Assembly (NCBI GenBank): GCA_021812145.1
Contig: JAKAOM010000002.1
Location: 13,687 to 77,686, forward strand
Source of the DNA: Candidatus Micrarchaeota archaeon
Lineage (GTDB): Archaea; Micrarchaeota; Micrarchaeia; Norongarragalinales; UBA8480
DNA length: 64,000 bases
Direction of reading: 5' to 3'
Shown: positions 18,613-27,983 of the stretch, piece by piece
Position numbering within the stretch: position 1 is the first letter of the stretch
Layout of the letters: each line of letters starts with the position of its first letter
The notes under the pieces: generated by a model
The model's database searches: none
What the model was told of the DNA's origin: nothing
The model's input: the letters and a program-made list of their open reading frames with translations, nothing else
Translations under genes and position numbers: made by a program

Positions 18613-18924
18613 TTATTTCCTAACTGATTTCCTGTGGGAATGATTGGCTTTTTTAAGTTGAACGTATGCAAGCCACTTGAACTCAAAATAGAATGCTATA
18701 AAGAAAAGAAGAAGGGAAAGCATTATAATAAACATTGAAGCAGTCTGGTAAAAAGGAGTTAGAATCACTCCAAGAGCGAACAAAACCACCGCGGCCATTA
18801 TAAGCCGATCAAACTTCCTTATTTTCTCGTACTTTGAATACGCCAAGTAGTAGGCCACGACATAGATTATAATGAAGAATGAAAGTAGAACTGTTATTAT
18901 TGTTACAATAATGCTTAAATCCAT
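18613..18924 (-). CDS. Small integral membrane protein
   Basis: Three predicted hydrophobic helices; no recognisable family. Confidence 0.4.
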   Translation of the reverse strand: MDLSIIVTIITVLLSFFIIIYVVAYYLAYSKYEKIRKFDRLIMAAVVLFALGVILTPFYQTASMFIIMLSLLLFFIAFYFEFKWLAYVQLKKANHSHRKSVRK

Positions 18925-19045
18925 TTTTTACCGCTTGAACAAAGTTATTTAACGCTCTGGTTTTTAATTTTTTTGATTCAAAAAAATAAAGGTAGTTGGG
19001 GCATAGCAAACGATTGAGACAATAAATTTAGGGTTAAAGTTTTAA

Positions 19046-19975
19046 TTGCTTAGACTATTAGGGCGAACTTTTATGTTAGTATGCAAAAATCTTTCAAAAA
19101 AATACGGTAATGAAAAGCTTGCTTTGGATTCAACGAATTTAAAGATTGAAACCAACGGAGTCTTCGCATTGATAGGTAGGAACGGAGCCGGAAAAACCAC
19201 GCTGGTAAGGATTCTTTCCACTCAATTAATGCCAACCACCGGGAAGGCCGAGATTGATGGAATGAACGTTGTGGAAAAAACAGGAGATCTGAGAAATATT
19301 ATCGCAGTAATACCGCAGGAAGCCAGACCGCCTCCTTGGACAACGCCCAAACAATTGGTCTTCTCCTATCTTTTATGGCGCGGGTTCAGCATGAAAGAAG
19401 CCGATGAAAGGGCTGAAGACGCTCTAAGAAAACTTCACCTCTCTGAAGACAAGAATAAAGCATCCAGATTTCTCTCCGGAGGCACGAAACGAAGGCTGCT
19501 GGTCGCCACGGTCATAAATTCAGGCGCCAGAATTCTATTTCTTGACGAGCCAACCACCGGGTTGGACCCAATATCAAGGCGGGAGATATGGGGCATAATA
19601 AACGATCTTAAAAAAGACTGCTTCATCTTTCTCACCACCCACTATCTTGACGAGGCTGAAAGTCTTGCGGACAGGATAGCTATAATGGAAAAAGGCAAGA
19701 TTCTAGCCGTAGGAAACATTGACGAGCTAAGGTCAAGGATGAAATACCAGTACTGCATAAGGATTTCTGATGATTTTAAGATCAAGCTGAAGGAGGGAGA
19801 GGTTGTTGAATCCAATGGCGTAAAGCAGGTGTTAACCACCAAAAGCGAGGCTTACAAAATATCCAAGCATTTCATAGAAAAAGGAGCCAAGTTTTCCATA
19901 AACCCTGTTTCGCTTGACGATATCTTTTACTATTTTGTAAAAAAACCCTTGAATGAAGAGGTTGAAGGCGAATGA
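19046..19975 (+). CDS. ABC transporter ATP-binding protein (ABC-2 type)
   Basis: Walker A GRNGAGKTT, signature LSGGTKRRL, Walker B ILFLDEPTTGLD, H-loop TTHYLDE. ATG 19073 (MLVCKNLSKKYG) is the likelier start. Confidence 0.9.
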   Translation: MLRLLGRTFMLVCKNLSKKYGNEKLALDSTNLKIETNGVFALIGRNGAGKTTLVRILSTQLMPTTGKAEIDGMNVVEKTGDLRNIIAVIPQEARPPPWTTPKQLVFSYLLWRGFSMKEADERAEDALRKLHLSEDKNKASRFLSGGTKRRLLVATVINSGARILFLDEPTTGLDPISRREIWGIINDLKKDCFIFLTTHYLDEAESLADRIAIMEKGKILAVGNIDELRSRMKYQYCIRISDDFKIKLKEGEVVESNGVKQVLTTKSEAYKISKHFIEKGAKFSINPVSLDDIFYYFVKKPLNEEVEGE

Positions 19976-20709
19976 ACAGGTTAAATCAGGTGCTGGCGTC
20001 AATAATAATCAATGCTATATCCGTGATGCAGAACTTTCCAATAGTTCTGGTTCAAACTCTTTTAGGCCCGATATCGTTCATATTGCTGATAACTTTTGTA
20101 AGCAAAGGATCTTTGCTTGGCGTTGGAATTTTAGGCGGATTCATAATGGTGATGGCTCAAAGCGGGATAGGCCTGCAGGGGGATTTAACCCACCTTAAGA
20201 CAGACTTACGAGTTCAGGACATGGTTGTTAGCTCTCCTACCAGCGCGTTTATTTATCTAATCGGAATGGCTATTTCAGAGTTGATTTACTCCATTCCAGC
20301 GCTTGCCGTTCTTACCATTCTTGCAGCCTTTCTTCTGCCGCTAAACGCGGTCAGCGTGATGATTATAATTATAGTAATGCTGCTGATGTTTTCTTTTTCA
20401 ATTGCCCTGGGGTTCATGCTAAGCACTTTCTCATCCGACATTATAGAAAGTTGGGGCTTTTCCAACATTTTAAGCATGATTTTGACAACCCTCCCTCCGG
20501 TTTATTACACTATAACGCTTATCCCACTTCCCTACCGATATTTGGCCTATTTATCCCCAACAACTTATGCTGCCGAATTAGTTCAAAACGCTGCAGGTTT
20601 TATAGTTCTAAGCAGTCAGATGATTATTATAGACTGGATTGTTTTGATAGGACTTACCGTGCTTATATTGGTTATAGCTGCAAAAAAATCTAGATGGAGG
20701 GAAGTATAA
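19972..20709 (+). CDS. ABC-2 type transporter permease
   Basis: Its start overlaps the ATPase stop by 4 nt (ATGA). It has six hydrophobic segments typical of ABC-2 permeases. Confidence 0.75.
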   Translation: MNRLNQVLASIIINAISVMQNFPIVLVQTLLGPISFILLITFVSKGSLLGVGILGGFIMVMAQSGIGLQGDLTHLKTDLRVQDMVVSSPTSAFIYLIGMAISELIYSIPALAVLTILAAFLLPLNAVSVMIIIIVMLLMFSFSIALGFMLSTFSSDIIESWGFSNILSMILTTLPPVYYTITLIPLPYRYLAYLSPTTYAAELVQNAAGFIVLSSQMIIIDWIVLIGLTVLILVIAAKKSRWREV

Positions 20710-20712
20710 AAT

Positions 20713-22002
20713 TTAAGATTGAAAATTTTTAAGAATATCTACAGCTTCTTTTACTGAAACTTTTTTCTCCTCCCCAGTCTTCATGTTTCTAAGCACTATC
20801 TTGTTTTCTTTAAGCTCCTGCTCCCCTGCTATTATTGTAAAAGGTATTCCCTGCCTTGAAGCGTAGTCAAGATTTTTAGAAAGGCTTTTACCACTGTAAT
20901 CAGTTATAGAAGGTATTCCATTATCCCTAAGCGCTTTGGTTATCCTTAGCGTTTTATTGAAATTTTTAATTGGTATTACCATAACCCTTACCTGCGGCTC
21001 CTGCTTTTCTTTTTTAAGCGCTTCAAACAGCACATCCAATCCAAACGCCATTCCGGTGGCAGTAACCTGCCTTCCCCCGAAGTTCTTTACAAGATTCTCG
21101 TATCTTCCTCCTCCCCCTATGCTGGAAGTGACTTCGCTTTCAACCAAGAAAAACTCAAAAACATTTCCGGTGTAATAGTCCAAGCCTCTGGCAAGCGATG
21201 GAGTGAATTCAGCGTTACTTATCTCAAGCTCCTCGCAATATTTAATCAACTCCTCCACTTCGCTTACCCCTTTAAGCCCGCTTTCATCCTTTACTATTTT
21301 TTTGATTTCTTGCAGCGCTTCAACTCCCTTCAAATCAAGGTATTTCCTCAATTTGCCAATGCTTTCACTGTTTACCTCCCTCTGTTTTAATTCCTCCTCA
21401 ACTCCTGAAACGCCTATTTTTTTAAGCTTGTCAATGGTTATCATAGCCTTCCTGTCGTTTATGCCGCAGTACTGAAGAAGGCTTTCAAGAACCTTCCTGT
21501 TCCCGAACTCTATTCTGAATTTAACGCCAAGCTTTGCAAAAACGCTTTGAGCTAGAGCGAAAAGCTCTGCTTCAGCCACGCTTCCCTCCACACCTATTAT
21601 GTCCGCGTCGCACTGCGTAAACTCCCTTAGCCTTCCTGTTTTAACAGGGCCGTCCCTCCAGACTGTTCCAATTTCATACCTTTTAAACGGCAAACTCATT
21701 TTAGGGTTTGAAGCAAGTATTCTTCCCAAAGGAACGGTCAAGTCGTATCTTAGGCCAAGTTTTCTCCCTCCCCGGTCTTCGAACAAATATATCTCGTTGA
21801 AAACGTCAGTGTCCTCGCTGTTGGCGAATTTTCCAGTCAGAACCGACTGATTTTGTATTGAAGAGGTTTGCATTGGAAGAAACCCGTAGTTTTTGAACTC
21901 GCCCTCAATTACGCTCAGAATTTTCCTCCTGACGACCGCCTCTTCCGGAGGATAGTCCCTGAATCCCTTGGGAGGCTGCAAAAGTTCGTCGTTCATTCTC
22001 AA
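20713..22002 (-). CDS. hisS: Histidine--tRNA ligase
   Basis: Class II aaRS motifs: GFRDYPPEE, LRYDLTVPLGR, FKRYEIGTVWRDGP..GRLREFTQCD, GGGGRYENL, plus a C-terminal anticodon-binding domain. ATG 21996 (MNDELLQ) is likelier than the track TTG 22002. Confidence 0.92.
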   Translation of the reverse strand: MRMNDELLQPPKGFRDYPPEEAVVRRKILSVIEGEFKNYGFLPMQTSSIQNQSVLTGKFANSEDTDVFNEIYLFEDRGGRKLGLRYDLTVPLGRILASNPKMSLPFKRYEIGTVWRDGPVKTGRLREFTQCDADIIGVEGSVAEAELFALAQSVFAKLGVKFRIEFGNRKVLESLLQYCGINDRKAMITIDKLKKIGVSGVEEELKQREVNSESIGKLRKYLDLKGVEALQEIKKIVKDESGLKGVSEVEELIKYCEELEISNAEFTPSLARGLDYYTGNVFEFFLVESEVTSSIGGGGRYENLVKNFGGRQVTATGMAFGLDVLFEALKKEKQEPQVRVMVIPIKNFNKTLRITKALRDNGIPSITDYSGKSLSKNLDYASRQGIPFTIIAGEQELKENKIVLRNMKTGEEKKVSVKEAVDILKNFQS

Positions 22003-22011
22003 TCACCAAAT

Positions 22012-22083
22012 AGTGGTGGCCGGGATTTGAACCCGGGCTGCAGGCTCCACAGGCCTGGGTGCTACCGACTACACCACCACCAC
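22012..22083 (-). tRNA. tRNA-His (anticodon GTG)
   Basis: Minus strand reads GTGGTGG TG GTGT AGTCGGTA GCAC C CAGGC CTGTGGA GCCTG CAGC CCGGG TTCAAAT CCCGG CCACCAC T. Its 3' end lies 10-16 nt upstream of the hisS start. Confidence 0.85.
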
Positions 22084-22221
22084 ACTTTAGGTAATTTAAA
22101 GACATTAATGCTTTTTAATGTTTTATTTGTATCTGGCGTTGGGCTAAAAGTCTTAATCAATAAAAAAAAAGAACGTAAAAATAATTTATATTTTTAAGAT
22201 TATCATAGAAATGTTTTTAAT

Positions 22222-22851
22222 TTGTTTTTAACAAAAAAATTTTCCATGATAAAAGCGCTAATGCTTGACTTCGGAGGAGTCTATTTCAACGACGGTTACC
22301 ACCGATTTATCAGCGAGATTGCAAAGAAGCATTCAATTCCAAGAAAAAAAGTTGTAAAAATCATATTAGACGAGTTTGTCTACGGCACCGGCTTTGTGAT
22401 TGGAACAGCTAGTGAGGAAGAGGCTTTGACAGAGGCTTTCAAAAAACTCGAAATTACTGAGGACTGGAGAAAATGGCACAAAACAATTTTGAAGTGGTAC
22501 ACTCCTAGGAAAAAACTCATAAATTACGCTAAAGAGTTGAGGAAAAATATCAAGATATGCATGTTAAGCGATCAAACACAATATATCATTGAATTGGAGG
22601 AAAAATACCGCTTCTTTAAGAACTTCGACCTTTCAATAATAAGCACGCAGGTAGGAGTTGCAAAGCCAAACAGCAAAATTTTCAATCTCGCTCTGCACCT
22701 GCTTGAAATAAAGCCAAACGAAGTTGTTTTCGTGGACGACAACCCAGTCAACGTTAACGCTGCAAAAAAAATGGGAATCCACGCTTTTCTGGTGGGAGAT
22801 TTTGAAAGAAATAACTTTCAGGAGTTTAAGAAGCTTAACAATTCACTTTGA
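22222..22851 (+). CDS. HAD-superfamily hydrolase (subfamily IA-like phosphatase)
   Basis: Motif I LMLDFGGV, motif II MLSDQT, motif IV VFVDDNPVNVNAAKKMG. The likely start is ATG 22246 (MIKALMLDFGG). Confidence 0.75.
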   Translation: MFLTKKFSMIKALMLDFGGVYFNDGYHRFISEIAKKHSIPRKKVVKIILDEFVYGTGFVIGTASEEEALTEAFKKLEITEDWRKWHKTILKWYTPRKKLINYAKELRKNIKICMLSDQTQYIIELEEKYRFFKNFDLSIISTQVGVAKPNSKIFNLALHLLEIKPNEVVFVDDNPVNVNAAKKMGIHAFLVGDFERNNFQEFKKLNNSL

Positions 22852-22924
22852 TTAAATCTTCAACATATTAAAGCGCGTTAAAAGGCCAAAAGCATTAAAA
22901 TTTACGATTGAATTTTAACTATTA

Positions 22925-23563
22925 ATGCAATTACCTTCTTTGTTTGGAAAAAAAAGCTTCTTGGTTTTTAGTATAACCGCATTGGTAAGTATTGTATTTT
23001 CTCTGATCTTCATAGATCCACGTTCAACGGTTATTTTCATAATTATATTCTTGATTGGTGGTTTTCTGGGTTTTAAATATGTTGGAGATTTAAAAAACGG
23101 TTTGACCGATATTGAAGAGCTTGCCTTTGGTTTTCTATTATCCGGCGTTTTAACCTATGCTTGGTTCTTGGCAAACGCTTTCGCTTTTGATGCGAACGAC
23201 CTTTACTACGGCTCGAGTAGCAGCCTTGCGTTCGTTTACCTGTTTTGCGGAGGATTGAACGGAAGCGATTGTGTTATGTGGCTATTTTCAAATTTCGGCT
23301 TTTTACTTCATGCCTTATTAGTTATAGCCCTTTTAACCGCTTTAATTGCAATTTTCAAGTTAAAAGATAAAGGAAAATTATTGCCAAGATTTAACATTCT
23401 GCTTTCACTGCTACTGATCATAGTTTTCAGCACGTTTTTAATTATGGCTGGAATTAAAGGTATTTATGGGGTTTTATTTAATGGATTAACCGTAACTTTC
23501 TATTCGATGCTTCCGACCATACTGGTTTTAATCGGCAGTTTAATCTGTATTAACAAAAAATAA
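22925..23563 (+). CDS. Polytopic membrane protein, unknown function
   Basis: About 6 hydrophobic helices; no recognisable motif. Confidence 0.45.
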   Translation: MQLPSLFGKKSFLVFSITALVSIVFSLIFIDPRSTVIFIIIFLIGGFLGFKYVGDLKNGLTDIEELAFGFLLSGVLTYAWFLANAFAFDANDLYYGSSSSLAFVYLFCGGLNGSDCVMWLFSNFGFLLHALLVIALLTALIAIFKLKDKGKLLPRFNILLSLLLIIVFSTFLIMAGIKGIYGVLFNGLTVTFYSMLPTILVLIGSLICINKK

Positions 23564-24466
23564 CTAATTTTTTTGCAGGTAGGAGATTATCTTAAGCGCT
23601 GCCTTAGCCCCCTCTCCGGCAGCGATTATTGACTGTTTCTGCTCAATATTTGTCACGTCTCCGGCAGCGTAGGCTCCCTCCACATTAGTGGCGTTTTCCT
23701 CGTTTATTACTATCTCCCCCCACTTGTTTTTTTCCATTTCAGCGAAGCCACTGCTTGGATTAGAACCCACTTCTATGAAAACTCCATCCACGATAAGTAT
23801 TTTCTCCAGCCCGTCCACCCTTATCTTCAAACCGGACACTTTCTTGTCTCCAAGCACTTCAATAGTTTCAGCGTTGTCTATCAACTCCACGTTTTTGCAT
23901 TCTTTTACCCTCTGCTTCAGCAATTCATCTCCCTTGAATTCAGTATTTTTATTTACGGAATATACTTTCACCGCTATTTTTGAAAGCTGAAGCAACGCGT
24001 CCAAAGCGGAATTTCCGCCTCCTATAACAACAGTAGTTTTGTTCCTGTACAGCGGAGCGTCGCAAGTAGCGCAGTAGGTAACCCCTCTTTTTGAAAGCTC
24101 AGCCTCGCCCTTGATTCCCAGTGTTTTCGGAAGCTTTCCGCTGGCTATTAAAATTGTCTTTGACTGAAATTCCTCTCCTTCGCTTGTTGAAACAGAAAAA
24201 ACTCCGTTCTTTTTTATTTTAGCAACTTCAACACCCTCCCTTATTTCAACTTCAGGATATTTCTCCACTTGCTTTCTGCATTTCTCTATGAAGTCCATTC
24301 CGGCTATTGATTCAAAGCCAAGATAGTTTTCTATTTCAGAACTAAGCGCGGTTTGACCTCCCACATCTATTGTGAGTATTAAAGTTTTGATTTTTTGCCT
24401 AGCCAAATAGACTGCCGCCGAAAGTCCTGCCGGACCCCCTCCGATTATTATAGTATCATAGGTCAC
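23564..24466 (-). CDS. trxB: Thioredoxin-disulfide reductase
   Basis: FAD site IIIGGGPAGLSAA, redox centre CATCDA, NAD(P)H site VIGGGNSALD, and the C-terminal GD motif AAGDV. Confidence 0.88.
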   Translation of the reverse strand: MTYDTIIIGGGPAGLSAAVYLARQKIKTLILTIDVGGQTALSSEIENYLGFESIAGMDFIEKCRKQVEKYPEVEIREGVEVAKIKKNGVFSVSTSEGEEFQSKTILIASGKLPKTLGIKGEAELSKRGVTYCATCDAPLYRNKTTVVIGGGNSALDALLQLSKIAVKVYSVNKNTEFKGDELLKQRVKECKNVELIDNAETIEVLGDKKVSGLKIRVDGLEKILIVDGVFIEVGSNPSSGFAEMEKNKWGEIVINEENATNVEGAYAAGDVTNIEQKQSIIAAGEGAKAALKIISYLQKN

Positions 24467-25116
24467 TTCAAACCACCTGGATTATTGGAAACAATCCCTG
24501 TTATTTTTTGTTTTGAAAACTTTTTAAATTCTTCTTCATCGTCAACAGTCCAAATATACACCTCAAGCCCCGCCTCAACCGCCTTTGCTATCATAAAATC
24601 CGGAAGTATTTTGTGAAAAAAACAAATTGCGTCGCAGTTTAATTTTACCGCCGCCTTAACCGCGTTGAACGGAACCACCACTATAAGCCCTGTTTTTATC
24701 CTCCTGTCAAGCGTTTTTACTTTTTTCAAAACGTTTTCAAGAAAAGAGGTTATTATGACGTTTTTAACAGCGCCGCTTTTCTTAACAATCCCAACCACTT
24801 CTTCCTCTATCCCCGCCTCCTTTATCTCCACCATTGCAATTCTGCCTTTGATAATTTTAAGCGCTTCGCCTAAAAGGGGAAGTTCTACAACTTCTTTTTT
24901 CAATTCAGAATAGGTTCTAGATTTTATTCTGGCTGGTGATTTGAAAACCCTGCTCAGCGTTGCGTCGTGGCTAACCACTATCTTCCCGTCCTTGGTAGCT
25001 CTTACGTCAAGCTCCGCTCCGTCAAACCTCAAACTCAACCTAAAAGCAGGAAGCGTGTTCTCCCTTTCGAAAACATGCACTCCCCTATGCGCTATTATTC
25101 TTATTCCGCTTTTCAT
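24463..25116 (-). CDS. Glycerophosphodiester phosphodiesterase (GDPD family)
   Basis: IIAHRG...ENTLPAF...GAELDVRATKDGKIVVSHD is typical of GDPD. It overlaps trxB by 4 nt. Confidence 0.8.
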   Translation of the reverse strand: MKSGIRIIAHRGVHVFERENTLPAFRLSLRFDGAELDVRATKDGKIVVSHDATLSRVFKSPARIKSRTYSELKKEVVELPLLGEALKIIKGRIAMVEIKEAGIEEEVVGIVKKSGAVKNVIITSFLENVLKKVKTLDRRIKTGLIVVVPFNAVKAAVKLNCDAICFFHKILPDFMIAKAVEAGLEVYIWTVDDEEEFKKFSKQKITGIVSNNPGGLK

Positions 25117-25138
25117 GAATCAAAATAGCAGAAATTCT

Positions 25139-25714
25139 TTATAACTGCTTCATCACAACAACTCCAATAACTATAAACAGCAGTACTAACGCGATTATAG
25201 GTATTAGGAATATTGAAAGAATAGCCCTGCCTGTCGATAACCCGTGAACCTGCTTTATAACAAGATACAGCAAGTACAGCGAATAAATGGATACAACAAA
25301 CATCACAAGCCATCCTATCAAAGGAATCACCATCAGGACTAGAAGAACAAGAAGAGGAGCGGTAAATAAGGAAGTAAGATAGTATTGTTGATCATAAGAA
25401 CCGGTGCCTCCCAAAAGCTTTGCTACTATCCAGATTATTCCAACGTTGATGAAAGTTCCGATCAATTCAATAACTACGAAAAAAATAAATATAGCCAAGA
25501 TAATCAACACCACTCCGGCACCTGCAAGAAAACCGAGCTGAGGTATTAAGGAAGCTCCAAAAATCAAAACTACTATTGAGAATAAAACCGAGATTATCAC
25601 CGACGCCGCCAGAATGTTCATAACCCCCTCTTTAAGAGAAGCGTTTGCCTTTTCCTTCTGAAAAGTTTCTTTAGGCTTTAAAAAAGCGTCCTTCCAAAGC
25701 GAAAAATTAACCAT
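25139..25714 (-). CDS. Yip1-domain-like membrane protein
   Basis: N-terminus ...LKPKETFQKEK...LKEGVMNILAASVI followed by 4-5 TM helices, as in the Yip1/DUF1282 architecture. Confidence 0.5.
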   Translation of the reverse strand: MVNFSLWKDAFLKPKETFQKEKANASLKEGVMNILAASVIISVLFSIVVLIFGASLIPQLGFLAGAGVVLIILAIFIFFVVIELIGTFINVGIIWIVAKLLGGTGSYDQQYYLTSLFTAPLLVLLVLMVIPLIGWLVMFVVSIYSLYLLYLVIKQVHGLSTGRAILSIFLIPIIALVLLFIVIGVVVMKQL

Positions 25715-25999
25715 TAAATAATCACCTTTGCTTTATTGGTTGAACCCAGCTCTTTTTAAATATTTCTGAAAAAAAAACAATTCTCATAATTGTACAAACC
25801 ACATAATGACACTGAAAAATAACCTGAATTCAACAGAAATTGACTCAAAGGCAATAAGCTGAAAATAATGAATAAATTATTTTAAGGCCAACACCCTCTA
25901 CAAACCGGGATTAAAAAGTCCAGACCCTGCGACAAAACCGACAGGCGTAAGGTTTAAATATGTTTTTTGACGTAAATTAAGTTACGTGATGACTGGGGG

Positions 26000-26020
26000 A
26001 GTGGTTGATTTTTAAATTCT
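26000..26020 (+). promoter_or_regulatory. rRNA operon promoter candidate (BRE-like + TATA)
   Basis: AGTGGTTGATTTTTAAAT lies about 210 nt upstream of the 16S 5' end. The same 18-mer recurs at 31692-31709, about 24 nt upstream of the ATG of 31733..32239. Confidence 0.45.
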
Positions 26021-26228
26021 TTTAAAGTTAACCGTCTCTTTTGTTTGATTTTTTTGCTTTAGAGAAACCTGTTTAACTGGTTTTTTCTATCATGGGAACT
26101 TGATGAAACAATCCTCCTTTCAGGCGGAATTGAATTGAGTTCGACTTAGGAGTAGCATTCAAGAAAATTTTTAAGAAAATGGCAAGAAATTTCGAGATTT
26201 TCTTTAAGTTTTAGATCTTCAAAAAATG

Positions 26229-27721
<1,493 letters not shown>

Positions 27722-27786
27722 AATTTTTATAATCTCGTTTTCTGCCTTCTTAAATAAAATTTTCTTGAACGCTACTCCTTTTTTGT

Positions 27787-27879
27787 GGGCTCGTAGCGCA
27801 GCTGGTAGCGCGCTTGCTTTGCAAGCAAGAGGCCGCGGGTTCAAAAAAATTTATTTTTTTGAGAATCCCGCCGAGTCCA
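27787..27879 (+). tRNA. tRNA-Ala (anticodon TGC) in the 16S-23S spacer, with a ~20-nt intron in the T-loop
   Basis: GGGCTCG TA GCGC AGCTGGTA GCGC G CTTGC TTTGCAA GCAAG AGGCC GCGGG [27 nt: TTCAAAAAAATTTATTTTTTTGAGAAT] CCCGC CGAGTCC A. G3:U70 is present. A 7-nt T-loop plus a 20-nt insert is required. The insert contains the self-complementary AAAAAAA-TTTA-TTTTTTT. Confidence 0.8.
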
Positions 27880-27983
27880 CTTTTTTCGTGGGGTTTACAA
27901 GCAAACCTTCCCTTCTGGGAAGTAAATTCTTGTCTAACCGACTAGGTTGATTTGGAATGAGACCGTTTTGTAGTTAATTTTTT

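Noticed and set aside
25986-26110. C-box-like GTGATGA (25986) and TGATGA (~26100) upstream of 16S as a C/D box sRNA
   Set aside because: There are no correctly spaced CTGA D/D' boxes or terminal stem. It is more likely part of the rRNA leader.
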